Assembly (NCBI GenBank): GCA_008080945.1
Contig: VMDH01000027.1
Location: 1-51,557, forward strand
Length of the DNA: 51,557 bases
Reading direction: 5' to 3'
Origin: Gammaproteobacteria bacterium
GTDB taxonomy: Bacteria > Pseudomonadota > Gammaproteobacteria > Magnimaribacterales > D2472
Under the pieces are notes generated by a model. It saw only the letters and a program-made list of their open reading frames with translations, did not search any database and had not been told where the DNA came from. Shown piece by piece: positions 23,836 through 34,293 of this stretch (positions are counted from its first letter, which is position 1; every line of letters begins with the position of its first letter). The position numbers were made by a program, and so were the translations under genes.

Positions 23836-24911
23836 AATTTAGAATTTACGGAGATTGGATAATCACATTATGCATCTTAATGTTAACCATATTTGGCTTG
23901 TTTTTTCTTTATAGTGCATCGGATGGAAATACAGACACTGTTATAAAACAGCTAGCATTTATTATTTTGGGCTTTATATTATTTTTCTTAATTGCTCAAC
24001 TGGATCCTGAAAACTTTCGTCGTCTTGCCTATTTTTCTTTAGCCGCATCATTTTTGTTGATGCTTATTACAGCGTTGTTTGGGCCTGAAATTAATGGAGC
24101 GCAAAGATGGATTCGTATCGCGGGACTTTCGTTTCAATCTTCAGAATTGTTTAAGATTTCTTTGCCTTTGACCATGGCAACTTTCTTACAATTTAAAAAA
24201 TTACCGATCAGCATGAAAGATACTTTCTTTTGTTTGTTTATTATTGGCATATCAGCTTTAACAGTTGTCATTCAGCCAGATTTAGGAACTTCCCTCTTGG
24301 TAGCACTTTCAGGATTATTCGTACTATTTTTGGCAGGATTAAGCTGGTCATTTATTGGAGTTACTTGCGGTTTATTAATAATCGCTTCTCCATTTATTTG
24401 GAATAATCTCTTGAGACCATTTCAAAAAGAAAGAATTTTAACTCTCTTTAACCCTGAGTCAGATCCCTTTGGATCAGGTTGGAATATTATTCAATCAAGA
24501 ATAGCCATCGGAAGTGGAGGAATCTCTGGAAAGGGTTACGGAGAGGGTTCTCAAACTCATTTTAATTTTCTACCAGAAACTGAAACAGATTTTATTTTTG
24601 CTGTTGCCGCTGAGGAATTTGGCTTTATTGGAGTTCTGATAATTCTCAGTCTATTTCTTATACTAAGCTTGAGAACGCTTTATTTTGCCTTGAATGCAAG
24701 GGATAGGTTTTGTAGGTTGGTTGTTGGGGGGCTGTTGCTCACTTTTTTATTTAACTTATTGGTAAATATAAGCATGGTAATTGGGTTGATACCTGTAGTA
24801 GGCATGCCTCTTCCCTTCTTGAGCAAGGGAGGGTCTTCCATGATCACATTGTTTATATTATTTGGGATTATAATGTCTATTGGAACCCATAAAACCTTGA
24901 TGCAAAGATAA
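23832..24911 (+). CDS. rodA: Rod shape-determining SEDS protein RodA
   Basis: GAQRWI, QPDLGT, FLPETETDFIF and LPFLSKGGSS. Confidence 0.93.
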   Translation: MKFRIYGDWIITLCILMLTIFGLFFLYSASDGNTDTVIKQLAFIILGFILFFLIAQLDPENFRRLAYFSLAASFLLMLITALFGPEINGAQRWIRIAGLSFQSSELFKISLPLTMATFLQFKKLPISMKDTFFCLFIIGISALTVVIQPDLGTSLLVALSGLFVLFLAGLSWSFIGVTCGLLIIASPFIWNNLLRPFQKERILTLFNPESDPFGSGWNIIQSRIAIGSGGISGKGYGEGSQTHFNFLPETETDFIFAVAAEEFGFIGVLIILSLFLILSLRTLYFALNARDRFCRLVVGGLLLTFLFNLLVNISMVIGLIPVVGMPLPFLSKGGSSMITLFILFGIIMSIGTHKTLMQR

Positions 24912-24915
24912 GCCA

Positions 24916-25884
24916 GTGAAGAAAAAACAATTCCTTATCATTTTATATCTTCTCAGCATTCATCCTGTGTTTTCTCTTGAATTAGATAATCCTGAAATAG
25001 ATGAATTTATAAATTACATGCACCAACAGCATGGTCTCGAGATTGATTATGTTACATCCGTTCTTAACGCTGCGGAGTACCAGCAATCAATTATTGATGC
25101 TATCTCATCTCCTGCTGAATTTACTTGGACTTGGGAAAAATACCGCAATTTATTTATTGAGGGAAGAAGAATTAATAATGGCAAGATCTTCTTAAATAAA
25201 CATAAAGCAGTATTTGATAGAGCTGAATCAGAATACGGTGTTCCTAAAGAAGTAGTGGCAGCGATTCTTGGGGTAGAAACAAGATACGGCAAAATTATGG
25301 GCAAATATAAAGTTATTGATGCCCTGGCTACTCTGGGTTTTTACTATCCTAGAAGACAAAAATTTTTTCGCAGTGAATTAGAAGAATTCCTTCTTTTAGT
25401 AAATGAGAACGAATTAGCATTAAATGAGATCAAAGGCTCCTATGCAGGAGCAATGGGCTTTGGCCAATTTATTTCCAGCAGCTATAGAAATTTTGCGGTA
25501 GATTTTGATAATGACGGCAGAGCAGATTTACTTAATTCACCAGAGGATGCCATTGGCAGTATTGCAAACTACTTAGTTAAGAATGGCTGGGTGAGGGGCT
25601 TGCCTATTTTATGGAATATAGAAAATAATTTTCTTAATCAAGATGACATTGGTTTCAACAAAGTCGGAACAAAGCTTTCACGCAATACCCTGAGAAAACA
25701 TATCTCAGAAACCCAAAATTTCTTGGGAAATAAATTTATGTTACTTGAATACGAAATCGATGGAGTGCAAAATTACTATGTTGGTTCAGAAAATTTTATT
25801 TCTATAACTACTTATAATCGAAGCCATTTTTATGCAAAGGTAGTTCAAGAACTTGCCACAAAATTAGGATACTCAGATGCTTAG
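24916..25884 (+). CDS. mltB: Lytic murein transglycosylase B
   Basis: ILGVETRYG, GSYAGAMGFGQF and AVDFDNDG. Confidence 0.92.
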   Translation: MKKKQFLIILYLLSIHPVFSLELDNPEIDEFINYMHQQHGLEIDYVTSVLNAAEYQQSIIDAISSPAEFTWTWEKYRNLFIEGRRINNGKIFLNKHKAVFDRAESEYGVPKEVVAAILGVETRYGKIMGKYKVIDALATLGFYYPRRQKFFRSELEEFLLLVNENELALNEIKGSYAGAMGFGQFISSSYRNFAVDFDNDGRADLLNSPEDAIGSIANYLVKNGWVRGLPILWNIENNFLNQDDIGFNKVGTKLSRNTLRKHISETQNFLGNKFMLLEYEIDGVQNYYVGSENFISITTYNRSHFYAKVVQELATKLGYSDA

Positions 25885-27025
25885 ACTCTCATTAACTGCT
25901 CTTTTACTTTTTACTAGTTTTTATTCAAATGCTCAAAACCTTCTTCCAAGGCCACCTCAAATAAATGTAACCAGTTATATTTTAGTAGAGCCTGTTACTG
26001 GAAAAGTTTTAGCTGAGTTCAATGCAGACGATCAGATAGAGCCAGCAAGTATGACCAAAGTAATGACCGGTTATATAGCAGCCGATCAATTACATCGCAA
26101 TCTTGTTAGAGCAGACGATGAAGTACTAATTAGCACCAAGGCTTGGAAGATGGAAGGCTCTAGAATGTTTATTGAAGCTGGAAAGAGGGTAAGTTTTGAA
26201 GATCTTTTGAAGGGCGTTGTAATTCAATCTGGTAACGATGCTTCGGTTGCTATAGCAGAATATCTAGGAGGCACTGAAGAAGGATTTGTAGATATTATGA
26301 ATGCTTATGCGCAAAGCCTAGGATTGAATAATACTCTTTTTGAAAACTCCACAGGTTTACCTTCCTCTAATCACTTTTCTTCTGCTAGAGATTTATCAAT
26401 TATTTCAGCCAATTTAATTAATAATTTTCCTGAGCACTATGCTCTTTATAAAGAAAAGAGTTTTACTTTTAATGATATCAGGCAGCTAAATAGAAATAGG
26501 TTGCTTTGGCGAGATGATTCGGTAGACGGCATCAAAACTGGACACACAGAATCTGCTGGCTTTTGTTTAATAAGCTCGGCGGCAAGAGGATCCATGCGCT
26601 TGATTGCAGTGGTTGCAGGTGCCAACTCAGAAGATGAAAGGTTTAATGCGTCTCAAAGATTGCTTGAGTATGGATTTAGATTTTTTGTTACTCAAAACCT
26701 TCTTGAAAGCAATGAGGAAGTAAGGTCTGCTGATGTTTGGGGTGGTAAAAAGGATAATGTCTCTCTTGGTCTTGCAAAAGATTTAATTGTTACTGTGCCA
26801 AGAGCAGAACTTCCCAGTCTTAAGATTGATTATACTTTTAATAATAATATTGAAGCTCCAATTTCCAAGGGCGATATTTTAGGGAGTCTTTCAGTAAAAT
26901 CAGGGGATACTGTGATTGCTAATGCCAATCTAGTTGCTTTGGAAGAAGTAGAGCCCAAAGGATTTTTTGGCAGACTTATCTCAAAAATCATTATGTGGTT
27001 TTTGAACCTTTTTAATCTGGGGTAG
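25877..27025 (+). CDS. D-Ala-D-Ala carboxypeptidase (PBP5/6, DacA/DacC type)
   Basis: PASMTK, SGNDA and KTGHT motifs, with an amphipathic C-terminus. Confidence 0.92.
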   Translation: MLRLSLTALLLFTSFYSNAQNLLPRPPQINVTSYILVEPVTGKVLAEFNADDQIEPASMTKVMTGYIAADQLHRNLVRADDEVLISTKAWKMEGSRMFIEAGKRVSFEDLLKGVVIQSGNDASVAIAEYLGGTEEGFVDIMNAYAQSLGLNNTLFENSTGLPSSNHFSSARDLSIISANLINNFPEHYALYKEKSFTFNDIRQLNRNRLLWRDDSVDGIKTGHTESAGFCLISSAARGSMRLIAVVAGANSEDERFNASQRLLEYGFRFFVTQNLLESNEEVRSADVWGGKKDNVSLGLAKDLIVTVPRAELPSLKIDYTFNNNIEAPISKGDILGSLSVKSGDTVIANANLVALEEVEPKGFFGRLISKIIMWFLNLFNLG

Positions 27026-27858
27026 TGGAAAGCTTATTGGGCGTTTTTAATGGGGAGTTTCTTCCTGTTAATGACATCAAAATCTCACCAATGTCACGAG
27101 CTTATACCTTTGCTGATGCTGTCTATGAAGTTGTTCCTTACATCAAAGGAAAAGCTATTGCTCTTGATCTGCACTTAAATAGGCTTAGGAGAAGTTGTGA
27201 AGCCATCCAATTAAATGTGGATATCAGCATTGTTGAAAAAGAAATCCAAGAATTAGCTTACCAGGTTTTAATGAATGATAATGGTTATATTTATTATCAA
27301 CTTTCCAGAGGAACTGATGCTGTTAGAAATCACCTTTATGCTAATGATCTCACTCCTGAGTCATTTGGCTATGCCACTCTAATAGGAAAGTCCAATAATC
27401 AGCAAATAGCAAAGATAGTGTCTGATATTCGCTGGGGAAGGTGCGATATTAAATCCACTGCTTTGCTTGCAAATGTAATGCTTATGAACCAAGCAAGTAT
27501 AGAAGGCTGCAATGAAATCATAATGCATAGAGATGGTTATATTACCGAGGCAGGATCCAGTAATATCTTTATTGTAAAAGATACCAAAATTCTCACTCCG
27601 CCAAAAGATTCTCGTATCCTTGCAGGCATAACCAGAGAGTTGTTATTACAGAACTTTTCGCAGTCTTTTAATATTTTAGAAGAGCCTTGTCATTTAGATC
27701 TTTTGACTGAAGCGGATGTTGTTTTCTTAACAAGTTCTACCAAAGGCATGCTCGTAATAGATGAAATTCAAAACAATGCTTACAGCTTTAATCAAAATAA
27801 TGACCTATTTACTCAGCTAAGGGCAGCATTTAATAATTTTTTAGAGACAGCTTTCTAA
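27025..27858 (+). CDS. Class IV PLP aminotransferase, D-amino acid aminotransferase-like
   Basis: FADAVYEV, RWGRCDIKST, EAGSSN and ILAGITR. Confidence 0.8.
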   Translation: MESLLGVFNGEFLPVNDIKISPMSRAYTFADAVYEVVPYIKGKAIALDLHLNRLRRSCEAIQLNVDISIVEKEIQELAYQVLMNDNGYIYYQLSRGTDAVRNHLYANDLTPESFGYATLIGKSNNQQIAKIVSDIRWGRCDIKSTALLANVMLMNQASIEGCNEIIMHRDGYITEAGSSNIFIVKDTKILTPPKDSRILAGITRELLLQNFSQSFNILEEPCHLDLLTEADVVFLTSSTKGMLVIDEIQNNAYSFNQNNDLFTQLRAAFNNFLETAF

Positions 27859-28815
27859 TTCTAAAAATATATCTTCAATAGCAATCCAATTATTCTTTTG
27901 TGACGCCCCTTTATTGGCTTTATCAACTATATGGGTTCTATCCAAGAAAGAATTAATTTTCTCTTGAGAAATATTTGCAAACAAAGCTCGATAAAGAGGT
28001 AATTTATTTGACCAAATTTTTAATTTTGCAATCTCTTTATTTAGATTTTTAGGATTCCCTTTAATTATTGAGCCCACTATAAATACTCTGTTTGCAATCC
28101 AGGTAATTGGAATAATTTCTTCAGGATGAAGGTTTTTTAACTTAGATAAATGTAAGAAAAGTTTTTTAAAATCCTGAGCCAATATAAGATCCTCGATAGC
28201 AAAAATGTCTATGTTGGAGCTGAAGTTTGTTTCTATTTCTTGATTGCTGCTATTGAGCTTGAGTAATTTAAGGATTTGAACTGCATTATCTTCGCTTTGG
28301 AGATTCCCTTCGTGATTCATAAAAATTTCTTTGCCATGGGTTGCCAATAATTCTTTTTCTAGGAAAGAAAGTTTCTTTTTTAATCTGATCTTTTCTTCAT
28401 AAGTATTCAGCTTTCCACAATTGATCTTCAAAAGGTATGGCTGCTTTAGCCAAGATTTGTTCTTCGGAAGTGATGCAGCGGTTTCTAGAATGATGCGGGC
28501 ATTGTTGAAGCTAGCCTCGGTAAGACTATCTAAAAATGAATTTAATGTTTCTGGAAACCTGCCTTCTAGATGTTGGATGATAAGAAGAATTTTATCTCCA
28601 AATAAAGAGCCACCAGATGAAGAGCTGATGAACTCCTCAAGCCTATCGAACTCCTCATTTTGAACAACATTAATTTTAAAATCTGCCAACTCATTAATTT
28701 CTTGTTTAAGTAAATCTTTTATTTCATTTCTTAGCTGGATTTCAGTTCCATGCAACACAAAGAGATGCTTTCCTATTGCTTGTTCAGGAGTAAATTTTTG
28801 ATAGTTAATATCCAA
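27841..28815 (-). CDS. holA: DNA polymerase III delta subunit (divergent)
   Basis: SLFGDK motif, size, and position after leuS/lptE. Confidence 0.78.
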   Translation of the reverse strand: MDINYQKFTPEQAIGKHLFVLHGTEIQLRNEIKDLLKQEINELADFKINVVQNEEFDRLEEFISSSSGGSLFGDKILLIIQHLEGRFPETLNSFLDSLTEASFNNARIILETAASLPKNKSWLKQPYLLKINCGKLNTYEEKIRLKKKLSFLEKELLATHGKEIFMNHEGNLQSEDNAVQILKLLKLNSSNQEIETNFSSNIDIFAIEDLILAQDFKKLFLHLSKLKNLHPEEIIPITWIANRVFIVGSIIKGNPKNLNKEIAKLKIWSNKLPLYRALFANISQEKINSFLDRTHIVDKANKGASQKNNWIAIEDIFLELESCL

Positions 28816-28816
28816 T

Positions 28817-29269
28817 TTATTTGCTTACTAAATTAAGATAAATTTTATCTAAGATTTCACGGTGCATTAAATCTTCGAAATCTCTTTCCAGCTGAGTATT
28901 TGCAACTGGATTGAATTGTGAAATAGGAATGCTCCTTTGAGAAATTACATTAAAGGATTTTAGTACCTCATTCTCTCTATTTTTTAAAATCACTGATGCT
29001 TCAATTTTTATGTATGCCTGATTAGGCTTTACTGAATTACTAGAATACGAAAAATTTTTAGGTTTATCTTGAATACTTATTTGCAGAATATTTTCGCTGG
29101 TAGGAGAAACTACAAAAAGTCTTTTTAAATATTGAGAGTTTTGTATGGAAATGTCTTTAGAAAATTCAATTTTCTGCACGGGTATTCTAGATAAATCGGT
29201 ATGCTGGAAGTTTGCACACGAACAAATAACTACAAAAGTAATAAAAAGAAGTAGATTACTGCGCAACAT
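28817..29269 (-). CDS. lptE: Putative LPS-assembly lipoprotein LptE (divergent)
   Basis: Lipoprotein-like signal (MLRSNLLLFITFVVICSC), about 150 aa, directly upstream of holA. Call rests mainly on synteny. Confidence 0.55.
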   Translation of the reverse strand: MLRSNLLLFITFVVICSCANFQHTDLSRIPVQKIEFSKDISIQNSQYLKRLFVVSPTSENILQISIQDKPKNFSYSSNSVKPNQAYIKIEASVILKNRENEVLKSFNVISQRSIPISQFNPVANTQLERDFEDLMHREILDKIYLNLVSK

Positions 29270-30380
29270 CAAAGAGATCCTTAAATCCAGAAGGGTCATG
29301 CCTCCCCACAGGTAGATTCTCTAGAGTACCAAAACCAGAATTTTCACCAAGTCTCGCTTTAGCAATTTGATGGACATGAAAGAAGGTAAAATCTTCAGGA
29401 TTAATAGATTCTAGATCCCAGACCTCATACCCAAAAGCTTCTTCGCCTTTCCAGATTCCATGGCCCCACTCAGGATGTTGATAGCCAATTCCTTTGCAAT
29501 AAAATTTAGGACCAAGAGTCTCTAGCTCAATACAAACTTCGCTTCCATTCTTGTCTTTTCCTAGGATCTTAGCTGCTTTCGACCATCTAGTTCCTTTTTG
29601 CCAAGTGACATGATGGGAAACATCATGAAGATCTTCAGATATAGCATCCTTGTCTTCAAAAGAGGAGTTGGAAAATAACGAAGTTTTGTGAGCAGAAATT
29701 TGAGTAGGTATACCATCTCGATCTTGAAAGGTTCCAAATAAAGTTGCAAAAGAGTCAAAATGAATGGGTGCCCAACACCAATACACTCCTGGCTCGTGAT
29801 AAGAAGAAGGTGGTGCACCCATTTCTGGCTCTCCAACAGGTCTAACTCCCCATGATTTATCTCTTGTCCCGAATATTTCATTGAGATTCAAAGCATGGCC
29901 ATCTATGCTGACATTGCCTGTCCATCTTCCCAGTTGAGTGAATCTGTGAGTATTTAAAATGATTCTGTTATCTTGCTTAAGGATTGATTGAGGTTCTAGT
30001 AGCGAGGCTGATCTTGCTGAAAAAGTTAGGTCGCAGCTTATAGGGTGATCATTATTTGCAATAGTGAACTGTATGCTTCTCATTGGCTCTTTAACACTTA
30101 ATTCAAGCGGTCCAATCTTCATAGGCATTCTTTGAGGATTAATGCGTGAGCTAGCATGAAAGGAATGTTGCTTGCCATCTACAGAAATACTGAAATGGGC
30201 ATCCATGATTTGTCTATTTGGATAAAAACCAAAGCCAATTCCAAACATAAGCTTTTGTTCTGGGCAAAATCCATTGAACCAGTAGCGCTCATAAAAATTT
30301 CTCTCTGGGCTAACAGGATTTAAGATTGGCTCGCTAGTCTGGTGAATAGGGTAGTCATCAAAAGGACTTAGAATTTGCAT
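29256..30380 (-). CDS. Hypothetical protein, possibly tocopherol cyclase/CrtC/AttH-like beta-barrel fold
   Basis: 374 aa, aromatic-rich, with DDYPIHQT, FYERYWFNG and GTRDKSWGVR motifs. Confidence 0.55.
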   Translation of the reverse strand: MQILSPFDDYPIHQTSEPILNPVSPERNFYERYWFNGFCPEQKLMFGIGFGFYPNRQIMDAHFSISVDGKQHSFHASSRINPQRMPMKIGPLELSVKEPMRSIQFTIANNDHPISCDLTFSARSASLLEPQSILKQDNRIILNTHRFTQLGRWTGNVSIDGHALNLNEIFGTRDKSWGVRPVGEPEMGAPPSSYHEPGVYWCWAPIHFDSFATLFGTFQDRDGIPTQISAHKTSLFSNSSFEDKDAISEDLHDVSHHVTWQKGTRWSKAAKILGKDKNGSEVCIELETLGPKFYCKGIGYQHPEWGHGIWKGEEAFGYEVWDLESINPEDFTFFHVHQIAKARLGENSGFGTLENLPVGRHDPSGFKDLFDVAQ

Positions 30381-30383
30381 AGA

Positions 30384-32945
30384 TTATTTCACAACCAAGT
30401 TAATTAATTTATTTTCTATATAGATTACTTTAACAAGATTTTTTGAATCAACAAATTTTGCTACGTTCTCATGCTTCAAGGCGAGTGGTTCTATATCTTG
30501 TTGCTTTAAGCCCGTCTTGCAAATCATTTTCCCTCTCACTTTTCCATTTACCTGGATAACAACTTCTGCCTCATCAAGGGTTAATAGGCTCTTTTTTAAT
30601 TCAGGCCATGAGAGGTTAAGCTTTTCATACTCTTTATCTTCAAATTTGCTCAATAATTCTAAAGTTACGTGAGGAATAAAAGGATGCAGCATTAACAATA
30701 CATATCTTATGAGCTCTTGAAATACAAATTGCTCATCTTCAGATGCATCCGGTGATTTAAAATTTTCTGGTATTGCATTGATTAATTCCATGATTGCAGC
30801 AATTGGTGTGTTGTAGGAGCCTCGCTCGCTTAAATCATGGGTTACTTTTTCAAGTGTTTTGTGGGTTTTATAGCGGAGCTCTTTTGCTTCTTTTTCAAGT
30901 TGTTTGGGCTCAGAAATATCTTTAGATTTTACTGAGACAATAAGATTCCACAGTCTTTTAATAAATCTTGCTGCACCTTCAATGGAGCTATCTGACCATT
31001 CTAAAGATTGTTCAGCAGGAGCTGCAAACATTGTATATAACCTAATAGTGTCGGCTCCATATTGTTGCATTAACTCTTCAGGATCAACTCCATTAAGTTT
31101 AGATTTGCTCATTTTGGACATACCATCTTTGACTACTGGATACCCATCTTTTGTAATAGGTCCATTGTCAGATTCTGAAATGTCAGATTTATTTACCCAA
31201 ACCGGATTGCCATCATCATTTAAGTAGTAATAGGCATCTGCTAAAACCATTCCCTGTGTTAGGAGTTTTGTGAAAGGCTCACTGTTTTCAATTAACCCAG
31301 CTTCCCGTAGTAACTTATTAAAAAATCTTGCATAAAGTAAGTGCAAAATAGCATGCTCTATACCTCCAATGTATTGATCTACTGGAAGCCAATATTTAGA
31401 TTCTTCAGAGAGCATGGCATCTTCACTTGGTCCTGCAAACCTTGCAAAGTACCAAGAACTTTCAAAGAAAGTATCAAAGGTATCTGTTTCACGTTCGGCT
31501 GGTTTGCTGCATTTTGGGCAAGTGGTTTCCTTCCAATCAGGAAAGCTATTCAAGTTAAGTCCCCGAGTGCTAATATTTTCAATTTTTGGAAGCTCTACAG
31601 GAAGATCAGATTCTGGAACCGTTACAATTCCACAGTCCTCACAATGGATCACTGGAATAGGGCATCCCCAATATCTCTGTCTTGAAATACCCCAATCTCT
31701 AAGTTTGAAGTTTGTTTCTACTTTGCCATTAGCATTTGCGTTTAAAATTTTACTAATTTCATCAAAGGCATTTTCAAAGTCTAATCCATCAAATTTTTCA
31801 CTGTTTATCAGAACCCCTTTTTCTTCAAATGCCGAACGTGAGATATCAATATCTTTAGATTCATCAGCAATAACTTGAGTAATTTTTAGGTTATATTTTG
31901 AAGCAAATTCCCAGTCTCTTTGATCGTGTCCTGGGACACACATAACTGCTCCTTCACCGTAATCCATCAAAATAAAGTTAGCTATCCATATGGGTAAAAG
32001 TTCTTTAGTGATAGGGTGGATAGCTCTTAACCCGGTATCAATCCCTTCTTTTTCTAGCTTTGCCAAAGAGGCAGCAGTCTTATCAAGGTTTTTTTGTGAG
32101 TCTATAAATGCAGCAATTGCAGGATTCTCTTTTGCTAGCTTCAGAGAAATTGGATGCTCGGGAGCCAGTGCACAATAGGTTGCTCCAAAGATAGTATCCG
32201 GTCGGGTGGTAAATACTCTAAAGCTTTCTTTATGCTCAGATATATTGAAATCAAAAGAGACCCCATTAGATTTGCCAATCCAATTTTCCTGCATTAGTTT
32301 TACTTGTGATGGCCAATGAGTTAAATCATCAAGGCTATCAAGTAAGTCATTGCAGTAATCCGTTATTTTAAGAAAGTATTGATCGATTTTTCTTTTTTCA
32401 ACAACGGCTCCTGATCTCCAGCCTTTACCATCTATTACTTGTTCATTTGCAAGCACGGTCTCATCTACAGGATCCCAATTTACTTCTGATTCTTTTCTAT
32501 AAACCAAACCCTTTTCAAAAAGCTGTGTAAAAAACCATTGCTCCCATTTAAAATAATTTGGATCAGAGGTATTTATCTCTCTATCCCAATCATAACCAAA
32601 GCCAAGTTTTTTGAATTGGTCCTTCATGTGGGAAATATTTTTTTCTGTCCACACATTAGGGGCGACATTATTTTCTATGGCAGCATTCTCTGCTGGTAGT
32701 CCAAATGCATCCCATCCCATAGGTTGAAGGACATTAAAACCATGCATGCGCTTAAATCTAGATAAGACATCCCCAATCGTGTAATTTCTTACATGCCCCA
32801 TATGTAATTTCCCGGAAGGATAGGGAAACATAGAAAGGCAGTAATATTTAGGCGAGCTATTGGGTTGAACTATATTAATCTGACTTTGCTCCCAAAAAGC
32901 TTGCGAGGATTTTTCTATTTCTTGAGGGTTGTATTCCTCAGTCAT
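30384..32945 (-). CDS. leuS: Leucyl-tRNA synthetase
   Basis: MFPYPSGKLHMGH (HIGH-like), KMSKS and FTTRPDT editing domain. Confidence 0.97.
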   Translation of the reverse strand: MTEEYNPQEIEKSSQAFWEQSQINIVQPNSSPKYYCLSMFPYPSGKLHMGHVRNYTIGDVLSRFKRMHGFNVLQPMGWDAFGLPAENAAIENNVAPNVWTEKNISHMKDQFKKLGFGYDWDREINTSDPNYFKWEQWFFTQLFEKGLVYRKESEVNWDPVDETVLANEQVIDGKGWRSGAVVEKRKIDQYFLKITDYCNDLLDSLDDLTHWPSQVKLMQENWIGKSNGVSFDFNISEHKESFRVFTTRPDTIFGATYCALAPEHPISLKLAKENPAIAAFIDSQKNLDKTAASLAKLEKEGIDTGLRAIHPITKELLPIWIANFILMDYGEGAVMCVPGHDQRDWEFASKYNLKITQVIADESKDIDISRSAFEEKGVLINSEKFDGLDFENAFDEISKILNANANGKVETNFKLRDWGISRQRYWGCPIPVIHCEDCGIVTVPESDLPVELPKIENISTRGLNLNSFPDWKETTCPKCSKPAERETDTFDTFFESSWYFARFAGPSEDAMLSEESKYWLPVDQYIGGIEHAILHLLYARFFNKLLREAGLIENSEPFTKLLTQGMVLADAYYYLNDDGNPVWVNKSDISESDNGPITKDGYPVVKDGMSKMSKSKLNGVDPEELMQQYGADTIRLYTMFAAPAEQSLEWSDSSIEGAARFIKRLWNLIVSVKSKDISEPKQLEKEAKELRYKTHKTLEKVTHDLSERGSYNTPIAAIMELINAIPENFKSPDASEDEQFVFQELIRYVLLMLHPFIPHVTLELLSKFEDKEYEKLNLSWPELKKSLLTLDEAEVVIQVNGKVRGKMICKTGLKQQDIEPLALKHENVAKFVDSKNLVKVIYIENKLINLVVK

Positions 32946-34293
32946 TGTTAAACTGCTTCATGAAGATATTTTCAAGATAATTGATGTCATGTTGGTTGTT
33001 GCAAAATACTTCATCTTCCATCAACAATAAATGCAGAGAATGATTGGTTTTTATCCCCTCTACAAAAAATTCATCGAGTGCATTTTTCATCCGTTTTATA
33101 CATGAAGACCTTTTATTAGTAGCTGTAATTATTTTTGCTAACAGAGAATCATAGTAGGGCGGGACTTTGTATCCAGAATAGATATGAGAATCAAAACGCA
33201 CACCAAAGCCCCCCGGAGGATGCATCTTTGTTATTAATCCAGGAGAGGGAACGAATGTAAAAGGATCTTCTGCATTAATTCTACATTCCATAGCATGACC
33301 CTTGAACGTTATGTTTGTTTGGTTCAATGTTATATCTAAATTGAGGGCTACTTTTAGTTGGGCTTTTACAAGGTCAAACATGGTTATCATCTCTGTAACC
33401 GGATGCTCTACTTGAATCCTTGTATTCATCTCAATAAAGAAGAACTCTTTATCTTTATAAAGAAACTCTATTGTACCAGCTCCCTCATATTTTAATTTTT
33501 TGCATAATTTCACGCAGGCATTTAAGACTAAATCAAGCGCATTTTCATCGATATCAATCGCTGGTGCTTCCTCAATGATTTTTTGATGACGTCGTTGTAG
33601 ACTGCAGTCTCTTGTACCTAAATGAATTGCTTCTCCTTTTCCATCTCCAAATACTTGGACTTCTATGTGTCTAGGATTTTCGATATATTTTTCTAAATAC
33701 AGTGTGTCATTTCCAAATGCATTCATTGCCTCTTGTTTTGTAATATTTATTCCATCAATAAATTCCTTAAAATTACGGGCAACTCTCATACCTCTGCCAC
33801 CACCTCCAGCAGTTGCTTTTATCATGATGGGGAAGCCAATCTTATTAGTAATTTTTAATAAATCTTCTTCGCTATCAGGTAGCGCATCTTTATAACCAGG
33901 AACAGTTGGAATTCCAGAATCTTCAGCAATAGTCTTAGCAGTGATTTTATCACCCATTTGTTTAATAACTTTCGAAGATGGACCAATGAATTTAAACCCA
34001 CTTACCTCACACTGTTCTGCAAATTCATAATCTTCTGCTAAGAATCCATAACCCGGATAGATAGCATCGGTGTTAGTTACTTCAGCAGCCGATAAGATAG
34101 AGGGCACATTCAGATAGCTTTCTAGCGGGCTAGCAGGACCAATACAAACAGTTTCATCAGCAAACCGAAGGTGTTTTAGATCCACGTCGCCATCAGAGTG
34201 AACAGCTACTGTTTTTAAACCTAGCTCTTTACAGGCTCTTAAAGCACGAAGTGCAATTTCGCCTCTATTGGCAATCAAGACTTTATGCGACAT
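32938..34293 (-). CDS. accC: Acetyl-CoA carboxylase biotin carboxylase
   Basis: IANRGEIA, GGGGRGM and EMNTRIQVEHPVTE. Confidence 0.96.
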   Translation of the reverse strand: MSHKVLIANRGEIALRALRACKELGLKTVAVHSDGDVDLKHLRFADETVCIGPASPLESYLNVPSILSAAEVTNTDAIYPGYGFLAEDYEFAEQCEVSGFKFIGPSSKVIKQMGDKITAKTIAEDSGIPTVPGYKDALPDSEEDLLKITNKIGFPIMIKATAGGGGRGMRVARNFKEFIDGINITKQEAMNAFGNDTLYLEKYIENPRHIEVQVFGDGKGEAIHLGTRDCSLQRRHQKIIEEAPAIDIDENALDLVLNACVKLCKKLKYEGAGTIEFLYKDKEFFFIEMNTRIQVEHPVTEMITMFDLVKAQLKVALNLDITLNQTNITFKGHAMECRINAEDPFTFVPSPGLITKMHPPGGFGVRFDSHIYSGYKVPPYYDSLLAKIITATNKRSSCIKRMKNALDEFFVEGIKTNHSLHLLLMEDEVFCNNQHDINYLENIFMKQFNND

